A DNA stretch of 64,000 nt from Octopus vulgaris. Lineage: Eukaryota. Location of the stretch: NCBI GenBank assembly GCA_951406725.2, contig OX597821.1:103106001-103170000 (forward strand). The letters are read 5' to 3'. Of this stretch, positions 38,947-52,808 are shown one piece after another (the first letter of the stretch is position 1; each line of letters starts with the position of its first letter). The translations under genes were made by a program, and so were the position numbers. The notes below the pieces were generated by a model that had not been told where the DNA came from, made no database searches, and saw nothing but the letters and a program-made list of their open reading frames with translations.

Positions 38947-39631
38947 TGTGTGTGTGTGTGTGCGCGCGCGTGTGCGTGTGTATGCATATGTGTGTGTGTA
39001 TGTGTCTGTGTGTGTGTGTGTATGAAGAGCTTAGTCGAACAGCATTTGTTTATAAAGTCTGGTACCCATTCTATCGGCTTCTTTTGGCGTAGCGTTATGG
39101 TACGAGGACGTAAATAAACCAACACCGGTTGCCAAGTGATGCAGGGGGAAGAATCACAATTATGCATTCACACACTCACACAAACACTTACACGCACACA
39201 CATACACGAACACAACGCACATACTCATATAGACACACACGCATATACATACACACATACATACATACATGTATGTATGTATGTATGTATGATCATTACG
39301 GTGGGACATTAATTTGTTTCAACGCGATTGAAAACATTGAAAAGGTAGATTTGATGTTTTTCTTGTATATTCTTAATTTATTCATGATTTATTCATCTTC
39401 TGTAACTGTCTGAGAACAGTCTGGAAGCAAATTGAATGACTAGCAAACCAAAAAAAAAAAAAAGAAAAGAAAAAAGAGCAAGAAACAAAAAAAATACAGC
39501 ACCAACAACACCAACAACCATAACAACAAAATGATTACCCAAAAATAACAACGAAACGAAGAGGAACTAACAAATCATATAACAGTTATATATACATTAC
39601 ACAGGTATATACACGCACAAAGTTTATACGC

Positions 39632-39725
<94 letters not shown>

Positions 39726-39853
39726 GTATATGCGCGTGTGTGTGTGTGTGTAAGTGATAAAGTTTATTTTCCATAGAGTCAGTACTGCAAGTTACGAATG
39801 TTTCGTATCAGAATAAGACTATGCCCTTGGTAGCAATTCATTTATATATATAT

Positions 39854-39910
<57 letters not shown>

Positions 39911-39929
39911 CACACTCACACACACACAC

Positions 39930-40136
39930 AGCCTGTAGGTGCTTATGTACGTAAGAAATGCGCATATATACACATACATACATGCATACATACGTACATA
40001 CATATATATACACACACACACACATATATATTGTATATATATATAAATATATATATATTTATGCATGTATATATATGTATATAGATATGCATACATACGT
40101 ACATCCGTCCCTACATGGATAAACATACATACATAC

Positions 40137-40193
<57 letters not shown>

Positions 40194-40246
40194 CATGTAT
40201 GTATGTATATATGCGCACATCTTACGTACATAAGCACCTACAGGCT
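39930..40246. repeat. Local inverted duplication (~90-100 bp arms)
   Basis: agcctgtaggtgcttatgtacgtaaga... (39930) versus ...tcttacgtacataagcacctacaggct (40246). Confidence 0.85.
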
Positions 40247-40363
40247 TAGATATGTTAAGGACAAACATAAATAAATATTTAAATAAAAATAAGCTATATC
40301 TGAATATTCCATAAAAAACACAATCTAGTACGAAAGATATTAAGAATTGACGTTATATATTAA

Positions 40364-40458
<95 letters not shown>

Positions 40459-40636
40459 AATGCGCGCGGGCACACACACAGACGCACGCGTACATGTATG
40501 TATGTATATATATATGTACATATGTGTGTGTGTGTATATATAAGCCATGCAGTAGTTTTTTTTTTCAGTATGGCGTGCATGAATTACTTTTATCTTAGAT
40601 TATGTATTTATGTACATATATTCAATGTAAATAATG

Positions 40637-40706
<70 letters not shown>

Positions 40707-40870
40707 TGTATGTATGCATGTGTGTGTGTGCATGTGTGTGTGTGTGCGTGTGCAAAATATATTTAAAATTAGATTATCATATTCTCACACACATATATAT
40801 GCATACATATATACATCGACATATATACATACATGCGTAGATTACTCACATCCAATGCTTGATAAATCTA

Positions 40871-40903
<33 letters not shown>

Positions 40904-41835
40904 TTGTGTATACTTTTTCATATAACTAAAGTTATACCTGAATACACACACATGCACACATGCATTATGCATACATACACGAAAATATACATACATATGT
41001 ATGGATATATATATATATGTATGTACGTACGTACGTACGTAGGTACATATGTACGTACGTACGTTAGGTACATATGTACGTACGTATGTATGTATGTATG
41101 TATGTATGTATGTATGTATGTATGTATGTATGAATGCATGTATGTGTTTGTATGTGCTTGCGTGTTAGCGTGTGCGTTTTTTTTTTGTGGGGGTTACACG
41201 TATATGTGCATGTGCACCTGCATGCATAAATGTGGTCCTTTCACACGTCGTCAGCGTACAAATGCTTTACAAAATCCAGCGCTCCTCGTGATGCATACAA
41301 ATACGTAGACATGCATTTTCTTTGCTTACTTTGCACAATTACGCATGCGTAAATATGGCGCATAACACACATACGTACACACACACAAGTGCGTACACAC
41401 ACGCGCAAAGAAACACAGGCAGAAATACATATCCACGCATATATGAACATTCTTCAACGCGCGGCTATAATTGAATATATTTCAGTAAGTGCTTAGAATC
41501 ATACATTTCGGTAAGTGCTTACAATCATATATAAAGGACAGCTGCAGCCGTTGTGATGTAGGTAACATAGAATATGATTTGATTCTACTTTCTATAAGTT
41601 TTTGGCTATGTTTACTTGGCTGCTTCTGTTCCAAGACAATCCGAAACGAGGGCAGAAAAATAAGAGCACACAGACACTCCATCTTTGCCACTATAAGGTT
41701 CGCTGTCTCATTGTCTAAAGTAGGGATTTTCAAACTTATATAACACTTGGAACCCTTCGATTTCTATTTTACTCAAGAGGACTATCATAGTCATTCGATG
41801 ATTAAAAAATCTTATTGCATTTTTATATTTAAATA

Positions 41836-42191
41836 CTAGCACCATGTTGCCGAGTCATAGTGCTAGTGCATGCATATACAGCTGCGTGCGTGCGCACATA
41901 CACGCGAGTACTGTCCAAATCTCCGACCAATCACATACAGCTAGCTGGCATTCAATTGGCGTATCAAATTTCGGGCATTTTTGATTGGGTTTTGGATAGA
42001 AAATTCACAAAAAGTCACTTCTATTGATGTTTTAATGTCTTTGCGAGATGCCTGTGGAAATGTAAATATGTGCACGATCACTCTTGGACAATTTTGAATG
42101 ACCATAGAAAGTGCAAGCTCTCTTACGGAAAAATTGTGGATTTGTATGAAGGACACACACACAGACATTTTGCCGTTTATATATAGAGAGA
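41836..42191 (-). mobile_element. Non-autonomous Helitron
   Basis: Minus begins A|TCTCTCTATATATAAACGG and ends in a palindromic terminus ...GGTGCTAG|T. Confidence 0.65.
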
Positions 42192-42249
42192 TTATCAGGA
42201 ATTACATAAGAATTGTTAAACTATTTTGTGAATTGTATCAGTATAGTGA

Positions 42250-42571
42250 AGGCGCATGGTTTTGTGGTTATTGTGTTCGGCTGACGATCGTAAGGTCGTG
42301 AGTTCAATTCCTCGCGGCGCATTGCGACCTTAAGCAAGACACTTTATTTAACGTTGCTACAGTTCGCTCATCTGGCAAACATGAGTAGTACCTGTAATTC
42401 AAATGGCCAGCCTTGTCACATCCTGTGTCACGCTGAAAACTCCCTGAGAACTATGTTAAGGGTATGCGTGTCTGTGGAGTGCTCAGCCACTTGCACGTTA
42501 ATTTTCACGTGCGGGCTGTTCGGTTGATCGGCTCATCTGGCGCACTGCTCGTCGTAATCGACGGAGTACCA
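42250..42571 (+). mobile_element. SINE family C, full length
   Basis: ggcgcatggttttgtggtta...gagttcaattcc...aagcaagacactttattt...cgacggagtacc. Confidence 0.8.
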
Positions 42572-42603
42572 GTATCAGTATAACCAATTTATTGCGCAGA
42601 AGC

Positions 42604-42970
42604 GTTCTCTTCCCCCTCTTGGCTTGAAAGAACATGTTCATGCTTGCTGCAGGCTTACTGATGATCCAGTAAAATTCAGGACAAGCAGACACGAAGATAG
42701 AGGCTGCATGGGAAGGTGAGCTGATTTGGTTTGATCATAGTGGTTTCGTTTTTGTCTCTTTCTCTCTGAAGACACAGCTACGCTGGACAGGACATGTAAG
42801 CAGGATGGAGGACCATCGACCTTCCAAGATCATGCTGTATAGCAAACTCTCTTCCAGTCACTGCAATAGAGAAGAACCAAAGAAGAAGCACAAAGACTCC
42901 TTGAAGAAATTCCTCGGTGACTGCCACATGGATCGCCACCAGTGGTCTGTTCTTGTCGCTGATCGTGAAG
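42604..42970 (-). mobile_element. RTE/BovB-like LINE 3' end with inverted 5' segment
   Basis: Plus ~42766-42970: LKTQLRWTGHVSRMEDHRPSKIMLYSKL...KKKHKDSLK...WSVLVADRE. Minus ~42765-42604: decayed TFPCS..RVCLS terminus. Confidence 0.7.
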
Positions 42971-43037
42971 TCATTGGGCTACGGCCACGCTGGGGCACCA
43001 CATTGGAAGATTTAGTTGAATTAATCGATTCTAGTAA

Positions 43038-43431
43038 TCTATATATATAAAAGTGAGGTTGTGTGGTGTCTGTCTCCTACGATTTAAATTCCTAACTACT
43101 CCCACATTTTGCGGTGCAGTTTAACCAAAAGCGGGTATCTTATAGTCGTGATTCATATCGAGCCCTTCTGGGTATTAGCGCGCGTCTTACGATGAGTCTA
43201 CGATTTAAAAAAAAAATACCATCATTTTTTCCCATTTTTATTGCATTTTTGGCATATATAAGGGAAGTAACTCTCTAAAATGTATTATTAAATCTCAGAA
43301 CGTAAAAAGCTACAGTAACACCCCCCTTTGTGGTTAGCCATATTGAGATGGCTATTATACTTTACATCTCTAAAAATGCTTATATAGTTATTTCCCTTAC
43401 AAACCCGAGCAACGCCGGGCTATACTGCTAG
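43038..43431 (+). mobile_element. Non-autonomous Helitron
   Basis: 5' TC, 3' hairpin CCCGAGCAACGCCGGG then CTAG, inserted between A and T with no TSD; empty paralogous site at 44848/44849. Confidence 0.9.
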
Positions 43432-44070
43432 TTGTTTTAAAATCTGATTTGTGTTCCAACGATCGCTTTTGTCAAACGGCTAGGCCACGGCGACGCAATC
43501 AAAGCAACACCGACTATCATTATTCGTTATATTTTTTCTCTTACTTGTTTCAGTCACTGGTCTGCTCCCATGCCTTTGGAGCACTGTCCCCTTTGAAGAA
43601 ATACACACTCTAACAACTATTTGAATTCTATGGAACATGAATGCTCGCTAATAAAATAAGTCGTAAAAAAGCAAGGACAAATTTATTAAAAGAATGTCCT
43701 CCTTTAGTGTTGCTTCATACAATGCGAGCCTTGTGGTTTGTGTTGCTCTGCCAGTTTTGCAATATTTGGACACCAAAGTTGTGAATGATAGTCGAAGAAC
43801 ACCTCTTTGTACAATATCGAGTCCGTGGCTAGCTTTCGTCAGTTAGAGAGACATGACTGAAACTTGAATCAACGTGGTAAGCTGAAGGAAATATCGAAAT
43901 GTGCAACTACGCTGCTTTAGTATTGATTCAGACTGTGCAGCATAGCAGAATGTTGTAGGAAACAGGCAACATTTAGCAGCCATAAAGAAGTAACAAATAT
44001 CTTTACGGCAATAAAAGTAAGATATTTCAGAATGTACGAAGTCGACAAGAATCAGCAACAGATTTAGTAG

Positions 44071-44493
44071 AAGGCGGTGAGCTGGCAGAAACGTCAGCAC
44101 GCCGGACGAAATGCGTAGCCGTATTTCGTCTGCCGTTACGTTCTGAGTTCAAATTCCACCGAGGTTGACATTGTCTTTCATCCTTTCGGGGTCGATTAAA
44201 TAAGTACCAGTTACGCACTGGAGTCGATGTAATCGACTTAATCCGTTTGTCTGTCCTTGTTTGTCCTCTCTGTGTTTAGTCCCTTGTGGGTAGTAAAGAA
44301 ATAGAAATAGGTATTTCATCTGCGGCTACGTTCTGAGTTCAAATTCCGCCGAGGTCGACTTTGCCTTTCATCCTTTCGGGGTCGATAAATTAAGTACCAG
44401 TTACGCACTGGGGTCGATGTAATCGATTTAATCCGTTTGTCGGTCCTTGTTTGTCCCCTATGAGTGTAGCCATTTTTGAGCAGTAAAGAAATA
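44071..44493 (+). mobile_element. Dimeric SINE family B
   Basis: Two tandem bodies within TSD agatttagtag (44060-44070, 44494-44504). Confidence 0.85.
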
Positions 44494-44774
44494 AGATTTA
44501 GTAGCATTTTGCAACGATACAGTTTTACTCTGCAATTTAATGCATTCCGCTATGGATTTGCAAGAAATGCTGCAATCCTCGGACAAAATGCTTTGCGATA
44601 TTACTTCAGGCTCTATACTATTCGAGCTGAAATCCTGCTGAAGTCACCTTTATTATTTATTCTTCCGGTGTTGATGAAATAAAGTACCGGTTTATTACTG
44701 GAGTCGATACTACCGACTGAAACCCTTCTCTGAAAATTACTGGAATTGTATGCCCAAATTATCATTTATCTTTT

Positions 44775-45370
44775 ATTTCAGTCATTGGGCTACGGCCACG
44801 CTGGCGCACCACATTGGAAGATTTAGTTGAATAAATCGATTCTAGTAATTGTTTTAAAATCTGGTTTATGTTCCATCGATCGCTTTTGTCAAACGGCTAG
44901 GCCACGGCGACGCAATCAAACCAACACCGATTATCATATGGTGGTGGGGACAAGCGCAAAGACCCATTATTATACTTATTCGTTATCTTTTTTCTCTTCC
45001 ATGTTTCAGTCATTAGACTGCGCCCATGCTGAAGCACCGCCTTGAAAAATCTTAGTCGAATTGCTTTTAAAACCTGGTACTTATTCTATCAGTTTCTTTA
45101 GACGAACCGCTATGTTACAAAGAAAAACACATCACCACCGGTTGTCAAACAGCGCTGGAAGACAGACATAACGACACAGACACACTCAGACGCACACACA
45201 CACACACATACATACACATGGATATGGGCTTCTTTCAGTTTCCCTTTACCAAATCCACTCACAAAGCTTTGGTCGGCTCGAGGCTATAGGAGAGGATGCT
45301 TGTCCAAAGTGCCACGCAGGGAAACTGAACCCGAAACCCAGTCGTTGTGAAGCAAAATTTTTACTGCACA
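44775..45370 (-). mobile_element. Old SINE family A copies (tandem)
   Basis: 3' part 44775-44960 (paralog of 42970-43520) followed by a near-complete copy 44995-45370. Confidence 0.7.
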
Positions 45371-45470
45371 TCACTTGCAAAAGTGGGGTTGACCTTCTGA
45401 GCTTTTGTCCAAGGGTTGTTTTGTTCTGCTGTTGAATGCTACATTACTATATATCCAAGTATACACACAC

Positions 45471-45543
<73 letters not shown>

Positions 45544-45544
45544 T

Positions 45545-46310
45545 ATAAAAATGGAACTAAAACGCAATAGAGTACAATAATATATTCGGACAAATAGATG
45601 ATACAAGGCGGACAAGAGAAACAACAATTAGAAAGGCAGGCAAAAAAAGACCGGTCATTCGTGGTCTTCTTTCCTCAGCCAAGTCCTAGAAGTCACTAGC
45701 GTTTCGGGCAGTTACACTTGAGACGGTTCGATCTGGTTTCTCCCCCAAAAGTCTAAGCTAAGAGCATTAGACCCCTTTGTAAGAGAGCTAGCGAATGTGT
45801 ACGGCAGCAAAGACAAGAGACGAAGAACATGGTACACAAAAAGACGAAAAATGGAGAACAAGGTACACAATTACGAATACAAACAAGAAAATATCAACAG
45901 GTGTCTTTCGACTGAGAACGAATCAAATTGAGCTGGCGTGTTTTAAGTGAAAGCCTAAAGGCAGGAACATAGGAGATGGACACAAGAGGTGTTGGCGGTC
46001 GGCAGTCAGGCTAAGAAAGAAAGATCATGGCTGGCCGGACGCCGGTCACGCAGAAGGAGGAGAGGAAGGTAGGGGACAGCGGGATTGAAGGATTATAAAA
46101 AAAAAATCAGAGACAAAGAGAAAGGTACAGGGGAGATAAACAAGTGGGAAATAGTGGGAGCTAAAAAAACATAACTGACCACTGAACTCAACACGTTTCT
46201 TTTTTTTATTTTCATTCTCTCTCTAATTATTTCCTCGTATTTCTTTCTGTCGAAGAGCGTAGGTTCGAAACGTAAGCGACTTTTCCATTTTTCCTGAACG
46301 TCGATTAAAA
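45545..46310. mobile_element. Probable Penelope-like remnant ending in a hammerhead motif (46243-46277, plus)
   Basis: cttt-CTGTCGA-a-GAGC-gtag-GTTC-GAAAC-GTA, homologous to 13269-13306. Left part shares motifs with 17-190. Confidence 0.5.
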
Positions 46311-46312
46311 GG

Positions 46313-46358
<46 letters not shown>

Positions 46359-46587
46359 GTTGTTGATATTATTATTATTATTATTATTATTGTTATTATT
46401 ATTATTATTATTGTTGTTGTTGTTATTATTATTATTACTATTATTATTATTATTATTGTTATTGTTGTTGTTGTTATTATTATTATTATTATTGTTATTT
46501 TTGTTGTTGTTGTTGTTGTTATTATTATTGTTATTGTTATTGTTGTTGTTGTTATTATTATTATTATTATTGTTATTATTATTGTTA

Positions 46588-46633
<46 letters not shown>

Positions 46634-47554
46634 CATTATTAGTTTAGTTGTATTTGGTAATGGTTGGCCACTTACCCAGACAAGATACTGACTATTAGAG
46701 ATGAAATCGATCGGAATATAATGTGGATGTAAATATTAGGAATATTTTATTTTTAATGACGAGGCTAAAAGTCCGATAAATTATGATCGTATTATTTTCA
46801 CTTCATCTCAAATCTCCAAATATTTAATTAATGGCACCATTAAGGCTAGTGCCTCCAAGTACACTAATGCATAGTGTCATGCCCCGGGTACCTCCTCTCT
46901 CCTCCCTGTCCGTGCCAGACCACACAGAATACTTAGTAATGTATTTGGTGCTTAAATGATACTCACAAATCGCAATTCCTGTATATCTTTAAATGTAATG
47001 ATCATAGCTACGGCAGAGACAGCTATAACATTTATAAGAATTTATAAAGCAATATTTCATAAAATGTGTAAAATTTATAAAATGAAAATTTAATTACACA
47101 TTTAAATTACAATTTCATAAGCTCATTTGCATGTTTATATGAAGTTAATGTGAAAATTGGGTAAATTAACCATAAAATTCGAAGTAAAATCGTTTTAGGA
47201 CGACATCAAAATCATGTTGGTTTTAGCTTTCAAGTTAATTGGGTTAATTGATTGCATTAATTGATTAGGTTTACGTACAAAGCTTCTGTGTATGATACCT
47301 AGTGAGGTCCACATCCACCGAATTCCGCTTTTTATTTTGTTTGTTACAGTGATTAGACTGCGGTCATGTTAGGGCATTGCTTTGAAGAATTTTTTATTTG
47401 GTTGAATGATTCGACACCAGTACTTATTACTGTTATAGTTATTATGTTTTAAAACCTGGTGCTTATTCAAAAGAGTCTTTTGCCGAACCGCTAAGCTACG
47501 GTAAGTAAACAGACCAACACTAGTGGTCAGGCGGTGGTCAGACACCCATATATA

Positions 47555-47771
47555 CTTTTCTACGATAGGCACAAAGCCCGAATTTTTTGGAGAGGGATCC
47601 AGTCGATTAGATCGACGCCAGTACGCAACTGGTTACTTAATTTATCGACTCCGAAAGAATGAAAGGCAAAGTCGACCTCAGCGGAATTTGAACTCAGAAC
47701 GTAAAGACAGACGAAATATCGCTGAGCATTTCCCCCATCGTGCCAACGTTTCTGTCAGAACGCCGTCTTCG
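47555..47771 (-). mobile_element. SINE family B nested in an old family A copy
   Basis: TSD gacacccWtatata at 47541-47554 and 47772-47785. Confidence 0.8.
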
Positions 47772-48265
47772 GACACCCTTATATAAAAGCACACACACGC
47801 CCCTCCCCCTCCACATGACTCATACGGCGAGCTCCTTCAGTATCCGTCTACCAAATCCACTTACAATATTTTTTAAATATTTATTTTATTAATCCTTTTC
47901 CACATTTTGGTATTTCTGCTCCTTGACGAAAGAGATTTTAAGTTGAAAATTTTACAGTTTGAACTTAAAATTAGAGAAGAACGGTTATGATACGACGGAG
48001 CCAACAAGGAAAACAACGGGGCCAGGAAAGGAGAGAAAGTCAATGGGGCCAAGAAAGGAGCCTTTATATCTCCTGTGGAAGAATCCTTTGTGTGTCAGGG
48101 GTGGCTTACAAGCGCATAAGAACGTGGGGTTTGCATGTGAGTAGAGGAACATACAGAAGCATTAAATTCTAAACTCATAGGTACGTAACTTATAAATCAA
48201 ATTTCTGTTTTGGTTTTAAACGGTTAAACTCGGAGCCGGCTGTACTTGATTTCTGTCCTCTAAGG

Positions 48266-48380
48266 CAGTGCTTCTCAAACTATCTGATGTGGTGTACGGG
48301 CAGTTTTTTCCCAAGGTACCAGGGACCGGTAACATATGATATATCTGTTACTGCCGGTTTTACCGATTAGTTTCGCACTA
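48266..48380 (+). mobile_element. Possible hAT MITE 5' end
   Basis: Begins CAGTGCTTCTCAAACT; partner end not found. Confidence 0.3.
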
Positions 48381-48444
48381 GCCGTTCAACGGAATTTTAG
48401 GTAACAGTTCGATTATGTAACATTGTGCTCGTCAGAGAAGGCAG

Positions 48445-48506
<62 letters not shown>

Positions 48507-48893
48507 GTATCTATATTGGTGTGCGTATGTGTGTGTGTATTTTTGTAAGGGTGTAGACTTAATCACATGCTTTCTTTCACACATCTTATTTAACAAATAC
48601 TGATTAGCTTACCGCAACTGTGTATCGATCCCGGAGTTCTTTGCTACGCACCTGACAAGCATATATACAAACAGCACAAGTACTCAAAACGATTCACATA
48701 TATATATGCAGTTATCTTTTCTGGAATATATTGTTTATTTATACTGTAAAAACAATTCAATACGTGATATATTTCTCTGATAAAATAAATAATTTCCTTT
48801 CGATTGGAAAAAATAAATAATAAATTATAAAAAAACACTAGAATACATATCAAAACAATACACCACACAAAACAAGAGCGCGTACAAACGTCA

Positions 48894-48945
<52 letters not shown>

Positions 48946-48949
48946 TATA

Positions 48950-48994
<45 letters not shown>

Positions 48995-49000
48995 CATATA

Positions 49001-49080
<80 letters not shown>

Positions 49081-49107
49081 CATATATATATTTATATTTG
49101 TATCTGA

Positions 49108-49180
<73 letters not shown>

Positions 49181-49359
49181 TGCATACATGCATACATACA
49201 TGAACAAATATACATATATATATATAACTGCATATATATGCACATGCATATACAAATAATCATACGTATATACGTATACGTACAGACACATATACACGCT
49301 CGCATATATGAAATGTGTACACTGCCACGTGACTTTATCGTACATTGATTCATCGTACA

Positions 49360-49393
<34 letters not shown>

Positions 49394-49556
49394 TGTATAG
49401 ATGTATGTATGTGTGTGTATTGGTTATCTAAGTCTATATCGTTGAAAAAACTGTGTGTATACGCCTCTGGATGTTTATGACTAGTTCTTATCAACAGTTA
49501 GTGGAGCACACGCGTGCTCACAAAACACAGAGAAATTTAAACACATACACACACTT

Positions 49557-49629
<73 letters not shown>

Positions 49630-49710
49630 CATCCATCCATCCATCCATCCGTTCATCCATCCATCCATCCATCCATCCATCCATCCATCCATCCATCCGT
49701 CCGTCCATCC

Positions 49711-49785
<75 letters not shown>

Positions 49786-49851
49786 CATACAACTATCCAT
49801 TCATCCATTCAACCAACCATCCATCCCTCCATCCATCTCCCCCCCTCTCTC

Positions 49852-49935
<84 letters not shown>

Positions 49936-50330
49936 ATGTATACACAGACAGGCGCACGCACGCAGACGCGAATCCATCTGTGAGAACGTGAATTTATTTT
50001 AAATGATATATTTGTGTGTGAAGCGTGTTATTTCTATGAATATGATTATATCTATGATGTTCAATAATGATGTCGGTATGTAGAGATTAGAAATATTAAA
50101 CTGTTCTCTTTTCTATTAACTCATTTTAATCTTCTCGTTGTCTTCGAGCACATAAAAATATGTTTTCCTTCTTGCTCTAATTCTCTCCTCTCTCAGCATG
50201 ACTATCTGTCTCTCTGTCCGTCTGTCCGTCCGTCCGTCTGGGCGTCTCTCCATCCGTCCGTCTGTCTGTCTGTTCGTCCGTCCCACCATCTGTCTGTTCA
50301 TTTGTTTGTCTATCTAGCCCCCCCCTCTCT

Positions 50331-50482
50331 CTGTGTGGTAAGTAGCTTGCTAACCAACCACATGGTTCCGGGTTCAGTCCCACTGCGTGGCATCTTGGGC
50401 AAGTGTCTTCTGTTATAGCCCCGGGCCGACCAATGCCTTGTGAGTGGATTTGGTAGACGGAAACTGAAAGAAGCCTGTCGTA

Positions 50483-50538
<56 letters not shown>

Positions 50539-50755
50539 CGTGTGTGTGTTTGTGTGTCTGTGTTTGTCCCCCTAGCATTGCTTGAAAACCGATGCTGGTG
50601 TGCTTACGTCCCCGTCATATAGCGGTTCGGCAAAAGAGACCAATAGAATAAGTACTGGGCTTACAAAGAATAAGTCCCGGGGTTGATTTGCTCGACTAAA
50701 GGCGGTGCTCCAGCATGGCCGCAGTCAAATGACTGAAACAAGTAAAAGAGTAAAA

Positions 50756-50759
<4 letters not shown>
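50331..50759 (+). mobile_element. SINE family A
   Basis: Near full-length young copy. Confidence 0.9.
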
Positions 50760-50799
<40 letters not shown>

Positions 50800-50848
50800 A
50801 AACAAGTAAAAAATAGAAAATGCTAAAATAATTTTATAGTGAACATTT

Positions 50849-50886
50849 CAGTACCGGTTTCGGTCATTTTGAGACCTTTTCAACTG
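50849..50886 (-). ncRNA. Hammerhead motif, U3:A8 variant core
   Basis: Reverse complement of 52771-52808. Confidence 0.6.
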
Positions 50887-51768
50887 TAACGATTAAATAA
50901 TTAAATTTAGAAAAATTAGAAGAAAAGTTTTTTTAAAAGAATATTTCTATAGTAGTGTTCAGATTTAAGTGGCATTCTGCCTTTCTCTGACTCCCTTGTT
51001 TGCACTTGTGTGTTCGAGGTAGTTGTGAGTTCTTGGTAGGGTAGTAGAGGGAAGGCTGGTGAGGAAAGGGGGTGGGAGAATCTGGGAGTGCCCTGATGGT
51101 CGTATTTTGAATGGTCAGTGGCGGCTGGCAGTCTCAGTTCAATTCAGGATTGTTTATAGAATTAGCGTAGGTGTTATACTAAAAAACATTAGTGACAAAC
51201 TTAAGGGGTAGGGGGTGGAGAAGAAGAAGAAGAAGAAGAAGAAGAAGAAGGAGAAGGAGAAGATGATGGTGATGGTGGTGATGATTATGACGACGATGAT
51301 GATGATAACGATGATGATGAAGAAGAAGAAGAAGAAGAAGAAGAAGGAGAAGGAGAAGATGGTGGTGATGATGGTGGTGATGATGATGACGCCGATGATG
51401 ATGATAACGATGATGATGAAGAAGAAGAAGAAGAAAAAAACAGAGAAGGGAGAATATGAGTGGGTGTAAATATAGCTATGAAGGGGCTGATTAGTAATGG
51501 ATTCTATGGAGTGTAGTATTTGTGTGTGTATATATATTTTTTTCTTTTATTCTAAAGTTGAGGTATATTAATTGTTTGTCGTAGACCCGTTAAGAAGTGG
51601 CTTGTATTTTGTAATAAAGAGATTTTCTTTACTTATTCTTTGTCTCGAGGTTGTATCGTCCCTAAATTGGTAGAGGGGAAAATTCTGAAGTTTGGTGTTT
51701 TTTTGTTGGCGCAAGTATCTATGTGTTGGCTAAAAGCTATTTTTCTGTTTTGGGGAATTTTTTATCTG

Positions 51769-52092
51769 AAAAGCAACTTCACATGTGCTTCGGAGAACCT
51801 AATATACTCACTAACCTGCTCCGGGTGTCAAGAGCAGTACATAGGCCAAACAAAAAATGGTTTGCGTAAACGAATGGCCCTGCACAGATCCCAGATAAAA
51901 ATTCCCCAAAACAGAAAAATAGCTTTTAGCCAACACATAGATACTTGCGCCAACAAAAAAACACCAAACTTCAGAATTTTCCCCCTCTACCAATTTAGGG
52001 ACGATACAACCTCGAGACAAAGAATAAGTAAAGAAAATCTCTTTATTACAAAATACAAGCCACTTCTTAACGGGTCTACGACAAACAATTAA
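51769..52092 (+). pseudogene. GIY-YIG endonuclease domain of a Penelope-like element (5'-truncated ORF)
   Basis: FTCASENLIYSLTCSGCQEQYIGQTKNGLRKRMALH...HIDTC...RISKENLFITKYKPLLN: IY-x-CxxC-YIG, conserved R, H, E and N. The N-terminal part of the listed ORF is read-through of the inverted arm. Confidence 0.9.
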
Positions 52093-52770
52093 TATACCTC
52101 AACTTTAGAATAAAAGAAAAAAATATATATACACACACAAATACTACACTCCATAGAATCCATTACTAATCAGCCCCTTCATAGCTATATTTACACCCAC
52201 TCATATTCTCCCTTCTCTGTTTTTTTCTTCTTCTTCTTCTTCATCATCATCGTTATCATCATCATCGGCGTCATCATCATCACCACCATCATCACCACCA
52301 TCTTCTCCTTCTCCTTCTTCTTCTTCTTCTTCTTCTTCTTCATCATCATCGTTATCATCATCATCGTCGTCATAATCATCACCACCATCACCATCATCTT
52401 CTCCTTCTCCTTCTTCTTCTTCTTCTTCTTCTTCTTCTCCACCCCCTACCCCTTAAGTTTGTCACTAATGTTTTTTAGTATAACACCTACGCTAATTCTA
52501 TAAACAATCCTGAATTGAACTGAGACTGCCAGCCGCCACTGACCATTCAAAATACGACCATCAGGGCACTCCCAGATTCTCCCACCCCCTTTCCTCACCA
52601 GCCTTCCCTCTACTACCCTACCAAGAACTCACAACTACCTCGAACACACAAGTGCAAACAAGGGAGTCAGAGAAAGGCAGAATGCCACTTAAATCTGAAC
52701 ACTACTATAGAAATATTCTTTTAAAAAAACTTTTCTTCTAATTTTTCTAAATTTAATTATTTAATCGTTA

Positions 52771-52808
52771 CAGTTGAAAAGGTCTCAAAATGACCGAAAC
52801 CGGTACTG
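52771..52808 (+). ncRNA. Hammerhead motif, U3:A8 variant core
   Basis: CAG-TTGAAAA-GGTC-tcaaaat-GACC-GAAAC-CG-GTA-CTG, in sense to the GIY-YIG ORF within the pLTR. Confidence 0.65.
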
